19,119 nt of DNA from Armatimonadota bacterium. GTDB taxonomy: Bacteria > Armatimonadota > UBA5829 > DTLH01. The notes beneath the pieces are model-generated. The model saw only the letters and a list, made by a program, of their open reading frames with translations. It ran no database searches and was not told the origin of the DNA. The stretch is from contig JBBRAE010000046.1 in the NCBI GenBank assembly GCA_038207085.1, forward strand, positions 1 to 19,119, given 5' to 3'. A program made the translations under genes and the position numbers. The stretch's first letter is position 1, and each line of letters opens with the position of its first letter. Shown piece by piece: positions 7,889 to 14,220 of this stretch.

Positions 7889-8680
7889 TTAGTACGTTGG
7901 GTTGGCCATCCGAGCGTTGTACTTGGAGACGTACCAGGGATAGCGGTCGGCGTAAGCGGGGAGTTCGCGTCCTTGATAGCGGGTAGGCGCTGAGGGGGCG
8001 ACGTGCCCATCACAGTAGAGATAGTTGTTCCGCCGGTCGTGCCAGGGAAACTCGGCGTTGGGCATATGTTCGTGCTTCGACCAGCCCCGCACGCATGTCC
8101 AGTCGCCGCATCTGTAGATGTAGTCTCCGGGATAGCTGTAGAAGCTGTCTGGGGTAGCCCCTTCATACAGCAAAATAGTCTTCTTTGGAATCTCGATGAG
8201 CCCCTCCGGGCAGCCAAACAAGTGCCAGGACCCCGAAAGATTTCTCAAGGTAATATTATAGGACTTGTCGTGAAACCCGCCGCCTCTGATATAGGAGTTC
8301 ATGGAATAAGTGCGGGCGGCGTATCTTCCGTCCCACCGATGCAGATCCGGGCAGCACCAGACACTCCCCACCCCACCTTTGCTTCTGACGTATCTCACGA
8401 GCCCCCCGTTGCCGGACTGGTTCCATGCGTTGTAATCGCCGAGCTTACCACCGGGCGAAGGATAAACCCTGTTCCAATCGTCCAAGTACATCTGAAACGC
8501 TATGCCGAGCTGCTTTAGATTCGAAGCACACTTCACAAGATTCGCTTGACGCTTCGAGCTCACGATCACAGGAAAGAGTATCGCGGCAAGAAGCGCAATA
8601 ATACCAATAACCAAAAGCAGCTCGGCAAGCGTAAAGCCTCTGCAACAACATTTCAGACGTACCAAAGCCTCACCCCACAC
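7889..8680 (-). CDS. DUF1559 (H-X9-DG) protein with type IV prepilin-like N-terminal cleavage/methylation domain
   Basis: Prepilin motif RG|FTLAELLLVIGIIALLAAILFPV. C-terminal ...NYLYCDGHV... fits the DUF1559 H-X9-DG family typical of Planctomycetota, Verrucomicrobiota and Armatimonadota. A short leader implies an internal start (GTG 8680 or TTG 8665, after a GGGGTGAGG SD-like stretch) rather than ATG 8737. Confidence 0.7.
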   Translation of the reverse strand: MWGEALVRLKCCCRGFTLAELLLVIGIIALLAAILFPVIVSSKRQANLVKCASNLKQLGIAFQMYLDDWNRVYPSPGGKLGDYNAWNQSGNGGLVRYVRSKGGVGSVWCCPDLHRWDGRYAARTYSMNSYIRGGGFHDKSYNITLRNLSGSWHLFGCPEGLIEIPKKTILLYEGATPDSFYSYPGDYIYRCGDWTCVRGWSKHEHMPNAEFPWHDRRNNYLYCDGHVAPSAPTRYQGRELPAYADRYPWYVSKYNARMANPTY

Positions 8681-8816
8681 ACCGGTGGCGCATAGCGCCA
8701 GCCCTTTCGCAGCCTTTGGCTGCTGTCGGACTGTCATTTTCTGACATCACTGTATTGAGTTTAGCTTCACTATGCCTGCTCGTCAAGCCCTGGCTGTGAA
8801 CAAAGGCAAGTTTCTG

Positions 8817-9203
8817 TTACCGCCTTGGGCCGTACTGGTACCCCGGAAGCGGACCAAACCTCGGCTGGTTGTACTGATAGGACTGCCTCGGATAGTAGTA
8901 TCCTCTATAGTAAGGATGGTTAGGATAATACGGTCTGTACATCGGGTATGGTTGGACGATGACTACATTCGGATAGCCTCCGTAGTAGCGATTTCCATAG
9001 CCCCCACGGCCGTAGTAACCTCGCCCATAGTAGCCGTGACCGTATCCGGATCCGACGCCAATCGACACGCCTCCCCCTCCACCGTGGCCCCAGCTTCCGG
9101 CTCCAATTGACACGCCTACATAGGCAAATGCTGTGCCTGCGATCAGAAGCGCTCCCATCGCAGCGGCGACTAATATTATAAGAAGAACTCTTCTTGTGTT
9201 CAT
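8817..9203 (-). CDS. Secreted Gly/Tyr-rich low-complexity protein (YGHGYYGRGYYGRGGYGNRYYGGY...PYYRGYYYP)
   Basis: Start moved to ATG 9203 (MNTRRVLLIILVAAAMGALLIAGTAFA signal/anchor). The rest is G/Y/R/P-rich. The ORF-track start at 9296 adds a non-signal extension. Confidence 0.7.
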   Translation of the reverse strand: MNTRRVLLIILVAAAMGALLIAGTAFAYVGVSIGAGSWGHGGGGGVSIGVGSGYGHGYYGRGYYGRGGYGNRYYGGYPNVVIVQPYPMYRPYYPNHPYYRGYYYPRQSYQYNQPRFGPLPGYQYGPRR

Positions 9204-9346
9204 TTTCAGGCCTTCACCAGTGCGGCTGAGAGACTCAGCCGGCGATTTGGAGAGGTGAACTCTCCGTAATATGTTTTTACCCGGATATTTCCACATCCTT
9301 GCATGCTCGCATGTTTAGGCATCGTGGCTATATGTGAAAAACATGC

Positions 9347-9375
9347 TTGCCATTGGAATATTACCAATGTACACT
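9347..9375 (+). promoter_or_regulatory. Sigma70-like promoter TTGCCA-17-TACACT for the RRM gene. The 17-nt spacer contains palindrome CCATTGG-aatatta-CCAATG (9350-9369).
   Basis: -35 at 9347-9352 and -10 at 9370-9375 with 17-nt spacing. The inverted repeat overlapping the spacer is operator-like. Predicts a ~135-nt 5' UTR. Confidence 0.5.
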
Positions 9376-9518
9376 GAGTTACTTACGAATCAACGAGCGA
9401 ATCGGTAAGAGTCTGGCGTGGATTGCGTTGCCTTCCCCGACCGATCGAATCCCGACGCGGTAATTTCGCGTGCGCCCGTTGAGCACCCGGGACTGGGTCC
9501 CAGAAAGAAGGCAAGCAA

Positions 9519-9878
9519 TTGGCTAACAAATCTCTTTATGTAGGCAATATGCCCTACAACACCACCGAAGACGATCTTCGCGGCATCTTCAACGAGTTCG
9601 GACCGATCGCCGACGTGCGAATCATCGGCGACAAGGGTTTCGGGTTCGTTGAGATCCCTGAGGAGAACGTCGCAGCAGCCATCGAATCGACCAACGGTCG
9701 CGACGTAGGCGGCAGACCCCTCACCGTCAACGAAGCTCGCCCGAAGACTGAAGGCGGCGGACGAAGCGGTGGCGGCGGTGGTCGTGGCGGCTACGGTGGC
9801 GGCGGTGGTGGCCGAAGCGGCGGTGGTGGTGGCGGTGGCTACGGTGGTGGTGGCGGTGGCGGCAGAAGCCGCTGGTAG
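9519..9878 (+). CDS. Glycine-rich RNA-binding protein: single RRM (RNP-2 LYVGNM, RNP-1 KGFGFVEI) plus C-terminal GGX/RGG tail
   Basis: TTG start at 9519 with GAAGG SD 7 nt upstream. The downstream ATG 9549 would delete the beta1/RNP-2 strand. The tail is GGGRSGGGGGRGGYGGGGGG... Confidence 0.85.
   Translation: MANKSLYVGNMPYNTTEDDLRGIFNEFGPIADVRIIGDKGFGFVEIPEENVAAAIESTNGRDVGGRPLTVNEARPKTEGGGRSGGGGGRGGYGGGGGGRSGGGGGGGYGGGGGGGRSRW
9753..9866 (+). repeat. GGN/GGY codon tandem repeat (simple sequence) encoding the Gly-rich tail
   Basis: ggcggcggtggt... periodicity read directly. It generates spurious His/Arg-rich antisense ORFs. Confidence 0.6.
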
Positions 9879-9903
9879 ACCCATCAACTAAGTAAAATAT
9901 ATC

Positions 9904-9937
9904 AGGCGTCTGGGAGAATATCCCCGACGCCTTTTTG
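9904..9937 (+). terminator. Rho-independent terminator. Stem aggcgtctggg / ccccgacgcct (1 mismatch), loop agaatat, then TTTTT.
   Basis: Hairpin 9904-9932 followed by t9932-t9936. Lies directly downstream of the RRM gene stop. Confidence 0.7.
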
Positions 9938-9967
9938 GTGTACGGGCGAGTTAGGGCTTTCGTGTAG

Positions 9968-9996
9968 GGGCGGACCAATGTGTCCGCCCTTTTTCT
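9968..9996 (+). terminator. Second tandem rho-independent terminator. Stem gggcggac / gtccgccc, loop caatgt, then TTTTTCT.
   Basis: Perfect 8-bp GC-rich stem plus T-tract, 30 nt after the first terminator. Confidence 0.6.
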
Positions 9997-10083
9997 GATT
10001 ACGGTAGATGCCTGCTGATGCGGAACGGCAGAAAACGGTAGTGGCCGTATGTGGTCATAGGCTGTTTCGATAGTACGGATTGC

Positions 10084-10112
10084 TTGACAGTGATCCTGCG
10101 AGCCTGTACAAT
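10084..10112 (+). promoter_or_regulatory. Consensus sigma70 promoter TTGACA-17-TACAAT for the abiE operon
   Basis: TTGACA at 10084-10089, 17-nt spacer, TACAAT at 10107-10112. Predicted TSS ~10119. Confidence 0.6.
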
Positions 10113-10115
10113 TCA

Positions 10116-10139
10116 TAGGCACTTATCAACATGTGCCTA
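10116..10139 (+). promoter_or_regulatory. Operator-like inverted repeat TAGGCAC-ttatcaacat-GTGCCTA between the -10 and the abiEi start
   Basis: 7-bp perfect arms (10116-10122 / 10133-10139). AbiEi antitoxins are established autorepressors that bind inverted repeats in their own promoter. Confidence 0.4.
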
Positions 10140-10162
10140 CGTTTTGTACACGGGGAAATCCA

Positions 10163-10765
10163 GTGAAATCTGAAAGAACAGAGCAGGCGCTTGAGATAAT
10201 CAAAACAAAGGGACTTGTGCGCACCAGGGACTTGACAGCCTTGGGCATCCGCAGAGATTATCTGGCCACACTTCTTCGAGAAGGTCTAATCGAGCGTGTC
10301 AGTCGAGGCATATACATTCTGCCTGGACTGGATACGACCGAGCATCACAGCCTCGCAGAAGCATCAAAGAGAGTTTCTAAAGGAATAGTGTGCCTTCTCT
10401 CTGCGCTCAGATTCCACGGACTGACAACACAGAATCCTTCCAGAGTCTGGATGGCAATAGATCGAAAGGCATGGCTACCGGAACTTGACACACCACTCGT
10501 CCAGCTCGTGCGATTTTCAGGAAAAGCTCTGGAATACGGAATCGAAGAACACACAATCGAAGGTGTGAACGTTCGTGTCTATAACCCAGCTAAAACCGTC
10601 GCCGACTGCTTCAAATACCGCAACAAGATAGGCCAGGACGTAGCTCTTGAAGCGCTCCGGGACTGCTGGAAACAGCGTAGAGCCACGATGGATCACCTCT
10701 GGGAAGCAGCAGAGGCTTGCCGAGTGGCGAGGATAATGCGTCCGTACTTGGAGTCGCTTGTATGA
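10163..10765 (+). CDS. abiEi: AbiEi-family antitoxin / transcriptional regulator (type IV TA)
   Basis: ...ALEIIKTKGLVRTRDLTALGIRRDYLATLLREGLIERVSRGIYIL... matches the AbiEi winged-helix N-domain. Start chosen at GTG 10163 (GGGGA SD 7 nt upstream). The in-frame ATG 10133 lacks an SD and overlaps the operator. The stop overlaps the abiEii start (ATGA). Confidence 0.8.
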   Translation: MKSERTEQALEIIKTKGLVRTRDLTALGIRRDYLATLLREGLIERVSRGIYILPGLDTTEHHSLAEASKRVSKGIVCLLSALRFHGLTTQNPSRVWMAIDRKAWLPELDTPLVQLVRFSGKALEYGIEEHTIEGVNVRVYNPAKTVADCFKYRNKIGQDVALEALRDCWKQRRATMDHLWEAAEACRVARIMRPYLESLV

Positions 10766-11676
10766 GCGACAAAGAGATAAAGAATCTGCCCGGCTCCGTA
10801 CGCCAGCGCCTTCTGAACATCGCCAAGGATAAGGGTGAGGACTTTCAGCTATTCCTGGATCGTTACGCCGCCGAAAGATTCCTTTACCGCCTGAGCAAGT
10901 CCGAATACAGCAGTGGCTTCGCACTGAAGGGTGCAACACTATTTGCTATTTGGTCGGAAGCCCCCTACAGATCAACAAGAGATATTGATCTCCTCGTGTG
11001 GGGCAACAACTCCGTGAGCCAACTGGAGGAGCTGTTTCGCCATGTCTGCAATATGGACGTGGAAGACGATGGTCTGGTATTCGACAGAAACACTCTCAAA
11101 GCTACGGAGATAAACGAGGACGAGGAATATACGGGAGTGCGGGTCAATCTAATCACCCTTCTCGGTGTCGCAAAGGCAAACGTTCAGATTGATGTCGGTT
11201 TTGGCGACGTAATCACTCCCAAAGCCGTGGAAGTCCAGTGCCCGAGCATTCTCGGATTCCCGTCAGCCGTGATGCTGGCTTATCCTATGGAAACAGTCAT
11301 AGCCGAAAAGGTCCAGGCTATGGTGATGCTTGGCATGGTCAACAGCAGGCTGAAGGACTTTTCGGATATTCATCACCTTGCCAGCAAGTTTGAGTTTCAA
11401 GGCTCGACGCTTTGCGAGGCGCTCAGAACTACTTTTGCACGAAGGCAGACGGAACTGCCAAAGGACATTCCTACAGCGCTCACAGAGCGTTATTATGGAA
11501 GTGGCGAACGAGAAGCGCAGTGGAAAGCATTCAAGAAGAAGACCGCCGTGAAGTCTCCGCTGACTTTTGCGGAAACGTGCCTGTCCCTGCAGCAGTTTCT
11601 GATGCCCCCGTTGACGGCCGTCGGTGCTGACGAGCCTTTCACCAAGACTTGGCGGCCAAGCGGCCCATGTCAGTAA
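10762..11676 (+). CDS. abiEii: AbiEii/AbiGii-family nucleotidyltransferase toxin (type IV TA)
   Basis: MSDKEIKNLPGSVRQRLLNIAKDKGEDFQLFLDRYAAERFLYRLS... and ...YRSTRDIDLL... (NTase motif). ATG 10762-10764 overlaps the abiEi TGA 10763-10765. The ORF-track start 10717 is an upstream extension. Confidence 0.85.
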   Translation: MSDKEIKNLPGSVRQRLLNIAKDKGEDFQLFLDRYAAERFLYRLSKSEYSSGFALKGATLFAIWSEAPYRSTRDIDLLVWGNNSVSQLEELFRHVCNMDVEDDGLVFDRNTLKATEINEDEEYTGVRVNLITLLGVAKANVQIDVGFGDVITPKAVEVQCPSILGFPSAVMLAYPMETVIAEKVQAMVMLGMVNSRLKDFSDIHHLASKFEFQGSTLCEALRTTFARRQTELPKDIPTALTERYYGSGEREAQWKAFKKKTAVKSPLTFAETCLSLQQFLMPPLTAVGADEPFTKTWRPSGPCQ

Positions 11677-11686
11677 TGAACGAAAA

Positions 11687-11710
11687 GCCGACCCTTTCGG
11701 ATCGGCTTCT
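11687..11710. terminator. Hairpin aagccga-N10-tcggctt between the abiEii stop and the tRNA 3' end; possible bidirectional or tRNA transcript terminator
   Basis: 7-bp stem. On the minus strand it is followed by TTCGTT. No strong T-tract. Confidence 0.3.
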
Positions 11711-11715
11711 CTAAG

Positions 11716-11792
<77 letters not shown>

Positions 11793-11871
11793 TCGACATT
11801 GATAGTATAGCAGCTTGGGCGGTCGTTGTAAACACTTTTGATGAAATATTTTACGGATACTTGCTAACTTC

Positions 11872-11901
11872 TTGCAGATCGGTAACACTTGGTGCTATAT
11901 T
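11872..11901 (+). promoter_or_regulatory. Sigma70-like promoter TTGCAG-18-TATATT placed to give a leaderless transcript starting at or near ATG 11908
   Basis: -35 at 11872-11877, -10 at 11896-11901. ATG 11908 is 7 nt downstream of the -10. There is no SD before ATG 11908. Confidence 0.4.
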
Positions 11902-11907
11902 CTCGCT

Positions 11908-12813
11908 ATGGATAACACTCAGCGTAGGACTGTGCCTGTGCCGCTTCGGACGATTATTGACGCACGGGCGCTTGCCGAACAGAAAAGCTACGACGGTATC
12001 GTCGCGCTCGGGTCGTTCTGGACAAGGGGCGACAACCTCGACCTTCAGAGCCGGATCGTCAAGTGCTTCAAGACGCCCGGCGTAGACGCGCTTGAGGTTC
12101 CCGGTGTCGGGGAGATTACGCGAGCCTATGCGGAATTGGTCGCAGGTGCGGCAAAGAGGTGGTCGCCGGAGGCTGTGGTCAGGGTGCTGTCATCGGGGGA
12201 AACACGTGTCGATGAGGGTAGGCCGCATTCTCTGCTTGCGACGATGGTCGCGCAGGCGCTTGGGGCCGCCCAGGCAAGCGACGTCTTCTTTCGGACCGAA
12301 CCACGCAAACCTATGAGGATGATCGATCGGTTCTCAGGCACTGATATGCTCCGCCAGAGAATCCACTACGTGACCCAGGATCTGTTCATCCTGCCCAGGA
12401 AACTTCCGGACACTGTGCTATTGATCGATGACATCTTCAACCTCGGGGCAACTGCTCGTGTCTACGCACAAGCCCTGAAGAGCTGCTGCGGGGTTAGGTG
12501 GGTCTACTCGGCCAACCTCGCGGCCACGCGTTTTGACGGTGGAAAAGACGGATGGGGAACGCTCAAACTCGATATAAACCTATTCTTGTCGATAGCCCGG
12601 ACTCTCAATGCGGGTGGATTCTTTGAAGACGCTTGGACAGAGCGCGCTACCAACGTCTTTCATAACAGAGCAGACTGCCCAAGAATTGAACAGAGCGCCC
12701 TGCGTTCTATAATGCTCTTCGCCACCGAAGATAGAGTCCCCTGCCCCTCCTGCGCGGTTCTTCAGGAGCCGCGAAGCGCCATTCGGCGACTACTTGAAAA
12801 TATGCAGCCGTGA
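11908..12813 (+). CDS. Phosphoribosyltransferase (PRTase) type I fold domain protein, ComF-like C-terminal half, unknown N-terminal domain
   Basis: PRTase PRPP-binding signature ...LPRKLPDTVLLIDDIFNLGATARVYAQAL... C-terminal Cys cluster DCPRIE...VPCPSC. Start at ATG 11908 (MDNTQRR...). The ORF-track TTG 11872 coincides with the -35 hexamer. Confidence 0.75.
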   Translation: MDNTQRRTVPVPLRTIIDARALAEQKSYDGIVALGSFWTRGDNLDLQSRIVKCFKTPGVDALEVPGVGEITRAYAELVAGAAKRWSPEAVVRVLSSGETRVDEGRPHSLLATMVAQALGAAQASDVFFRTEPRKPMRMIDRFSGTDMLRQRIHYVTQDLFILPRKLPDTVLLIDDIFNLGATARVYAQALKSCCGVRWVYSANLAATRFDGGKDGWGTLKLDINLFLSIARTLNAGGFFEDAWTERATNVFHNRADCPRIEQSALRSIMLFATEDRVPCPSCAVLQEPRSAIRRLLENMQP

Positions 12814-12840
12814 GCCCCATGTCAGGACTCACGGCTGCAT
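12802..12840. terminator. Perfect 13-bp hairpin atgcagccgtgag / ctcacggctgcat (loop 13 nt) between the convergent PRTase and cyclophilin genes; includes the PRTase stop codon
   Basis: Inverted repeat read directly. No clear U-tract on either strand, so it is a structural terminator or stabiliser candidate only. Confidence 0.4.
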
Positions 12841-12854
12841 AACTCTGACTGTAA

Positions 12855-13445
12855 CTATTTGGCGGGCTTTTCTGCCGGCTTCTCGGTTGCAACGATGCGG
12901 ACGGTTTTCATTACGTCGCCCATCTCGATCTTCTTGACTACGTCGAGCCCCTCGGTCACTCGACCGAACACGGCGTACTGCATGTCAAGAAACGGAGTGG
13001 CGTCCAGTGTTACATAGAACTGGCTTGTCGCACTGTTGGGATCGTTGGTCCTGGCCATCGCAACCACCCCTGCGGCGTCATGCTTCAGCTTGGGGCTCAC
13101 CTCAAGCGGGATCGTCTTCTCGGAACCCCCTGTGCCGTCGCCTCTCGGGTCCCCACCCTGGATGACAAACCCAGGCACAACCCTGTGAAACTTCAGGCCA
13201 TCGTAAAACTTCTTGTTGGCAAGCTCGATGAAGTTCTTGCTCGTAATAGGGGCGTCCTTTTCGTAAAGGCTGATCTTGAACGTTCCCTTGTTTGTCTCGA
13301 CTACAGCGATATGCTCAACCGCTAGTTTCTCTTGCACTGGTTTCTTCTCCTTAGCCGGTTTGGCTTTCGGCTTAGCCGCTGTGGCTGCGGACGCTGCCAC
13401 GGCAAAAGCCATTGCGAAAACAACACACTTACTGACCAATTTCAT
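12855..13445 (-). CDS. Secreted cyclophilin-type peptidyl-prolyl cis-trans isomerase
   Basis: Signal peptide [23 protein letters not shown]. Cyclophilin signature [37 protein letters not shown] 7 nt before the ATG. Confidence 0.9.
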   Translation of the reverse strand: MKLVSKCVVFAMAFAVAASAATAAKPKAKPAKEKKPVQEKLAVEHIAVVETNKGTFKISLYEKDAPITSKNFIELANKKFYDGLKFHRVVPGFVIQGGDPRGDGTGGSEKTIPLEVSPKLKHDAAGVVAMARTNDPNSATSQFYVTLDATPFLDMQYAVFGRVTEGLDVVKKIEMGDVMKTVRIVATEKPAEKPAK

Positions 13446-13482
13446 ATTTCTACCTCGTGTGATAAAGCGCTGATATAATCAA

Positions 13483-14121
13483 CTACCACTTTAGCTTCTT
13501 GATCTGCTCAAGGTCTTTTGCAGTCGGCTTGGATACTGACACAGTCTTCATAACGTCGCCGGGCATAATGGCGTCGACGACTTTCTGACCTGCAAACACC
13601 CGGCCAAATGAGGCGTAACTGCCGGTCCAGTCCGGATACGGATACTTGTTGATGAAGAACTGGCTCGTAGCGCTGTTGGGATCGTTGGTCCTCGCCATTC
13701 CGACCATATATACCTGATCAAACCCAAGGCCTGACTTGATCTCAAGCGGGATCGTCTTCTCCGAACCACCGGTGCCGTCACCCTTGGGGTCGCCGCCCTG
13801 GATCACAATCTCCTCAACTCGGTGGAACTTCAGTCCGTTGTAGAACTTTCGGTTGGCGAGCTGAATGAAGTTCTTGGTGGTCGTAGGCACGTCCTTCTCA
13901 AAGAGGACAAACTTGATATCGCCCCACTTGGTCGAAACTGTCACTATGCTGCCGGGCTCAAAGCTTGCCGACGGAACCGCTTTCGGCTTCTGCGCCTGTT
14001 CCTGCTTCTGGTCCTTGGCGTGCGATTCTTCGCCCTCGTCAGTGCTGGTCTGCCGGTTAAGCGCCATTCCGACGCCTACGAGCGCCGCAAGTACGAAAAA
14101 GAATAGGAGCTTTGTTTTCAT
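13483..14121 (-). CDS. Secreted or membrane-anchored cyclophilin-type PPIase (paralog) with ~50-aa acidic/Gln-rich N-terminal linker
   Basis: [29 protein letters not shown]. Start moved to ATG 14121 (MKTKLLFFFVLAALVGVGMAL). The ORF-track start 14172 runs into the upstream hairpin. Confidence 0.85.
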   Translation of the reverse strand: MKTKLLFFFVLAALVGVGMALNRQTSTDEGEESHAKDQKQEQAQKPKAVPSASFEPGSIVTVSTKWGDIKFVLFEKDVPTTTKNFIQLANRKFYNGLKFHRVEEIVIQGGDPKGDGTGGSEKTIPLEIKSGLGFDQVYMVGMARTNDPNSATSQFFINKYPYPDWTGSYASFGRVFAGQKVVDAIMPGDVMKTVSVSKPTAKDLEQIKKLKW

Positions 14122-14142
14122 ATCTCCCCCGATGTAATAAGA

Positions 14143-14172
14143 ATGTGGGGCAAGCCTGGGCAAGCCCCACAT
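14143..14172 (-). terminator. Hairpin atgtggggc-N12-gccccacat between the thioredoxin-like gene and cyclophilin 2; possible attenuator or partial terminator
   Basis: 9-bp perfect stem. On the minus strand it is followed by TCTTATTACAT, which is only moderately U-rich. Confidence 0.3.
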
Positions 14173-14220
14173 CGTATGGTACCAGATGTTTGCGCGGAGT
14201 TCAATAGTATAGAAGAGTAA

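Noticed and set aside
8003-8518. 171-aa + ORF and 7819..8217 minus ORF
   Set aside because: Overlap the DUF1559 gene, which has a prepilin motif and an H-X9-DG end. The alternative frames are Pro/Thr/Gly-rich with no recognisable features.
9753-9866. Possible CRISPR or other spaced repeat in the GGN region
   Set aside because: It is a simple trinucleotide-type tandem repeat inside a CDS with no unique spacers. Not a CRISPR array.
9390-10122. Minus-strand ORFs 9390..9887 (Ala/Thr-rich) and 9727..10122 (His/Arg-rich)
   Set aside because: Antisense or off-frame readings of the GGN codon repeat in the RRM protein tail. Repeat-driven artefacts, not coding.
13080-14137. Plus-strand ORFs 13080..13325, 13276..13473, 13822..14106 and 13865..14137
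   Set aside because: Antisense to the two cyclophilin genes, whose frames carry the canonical FHRV...QGGDP...GTGGS signature.
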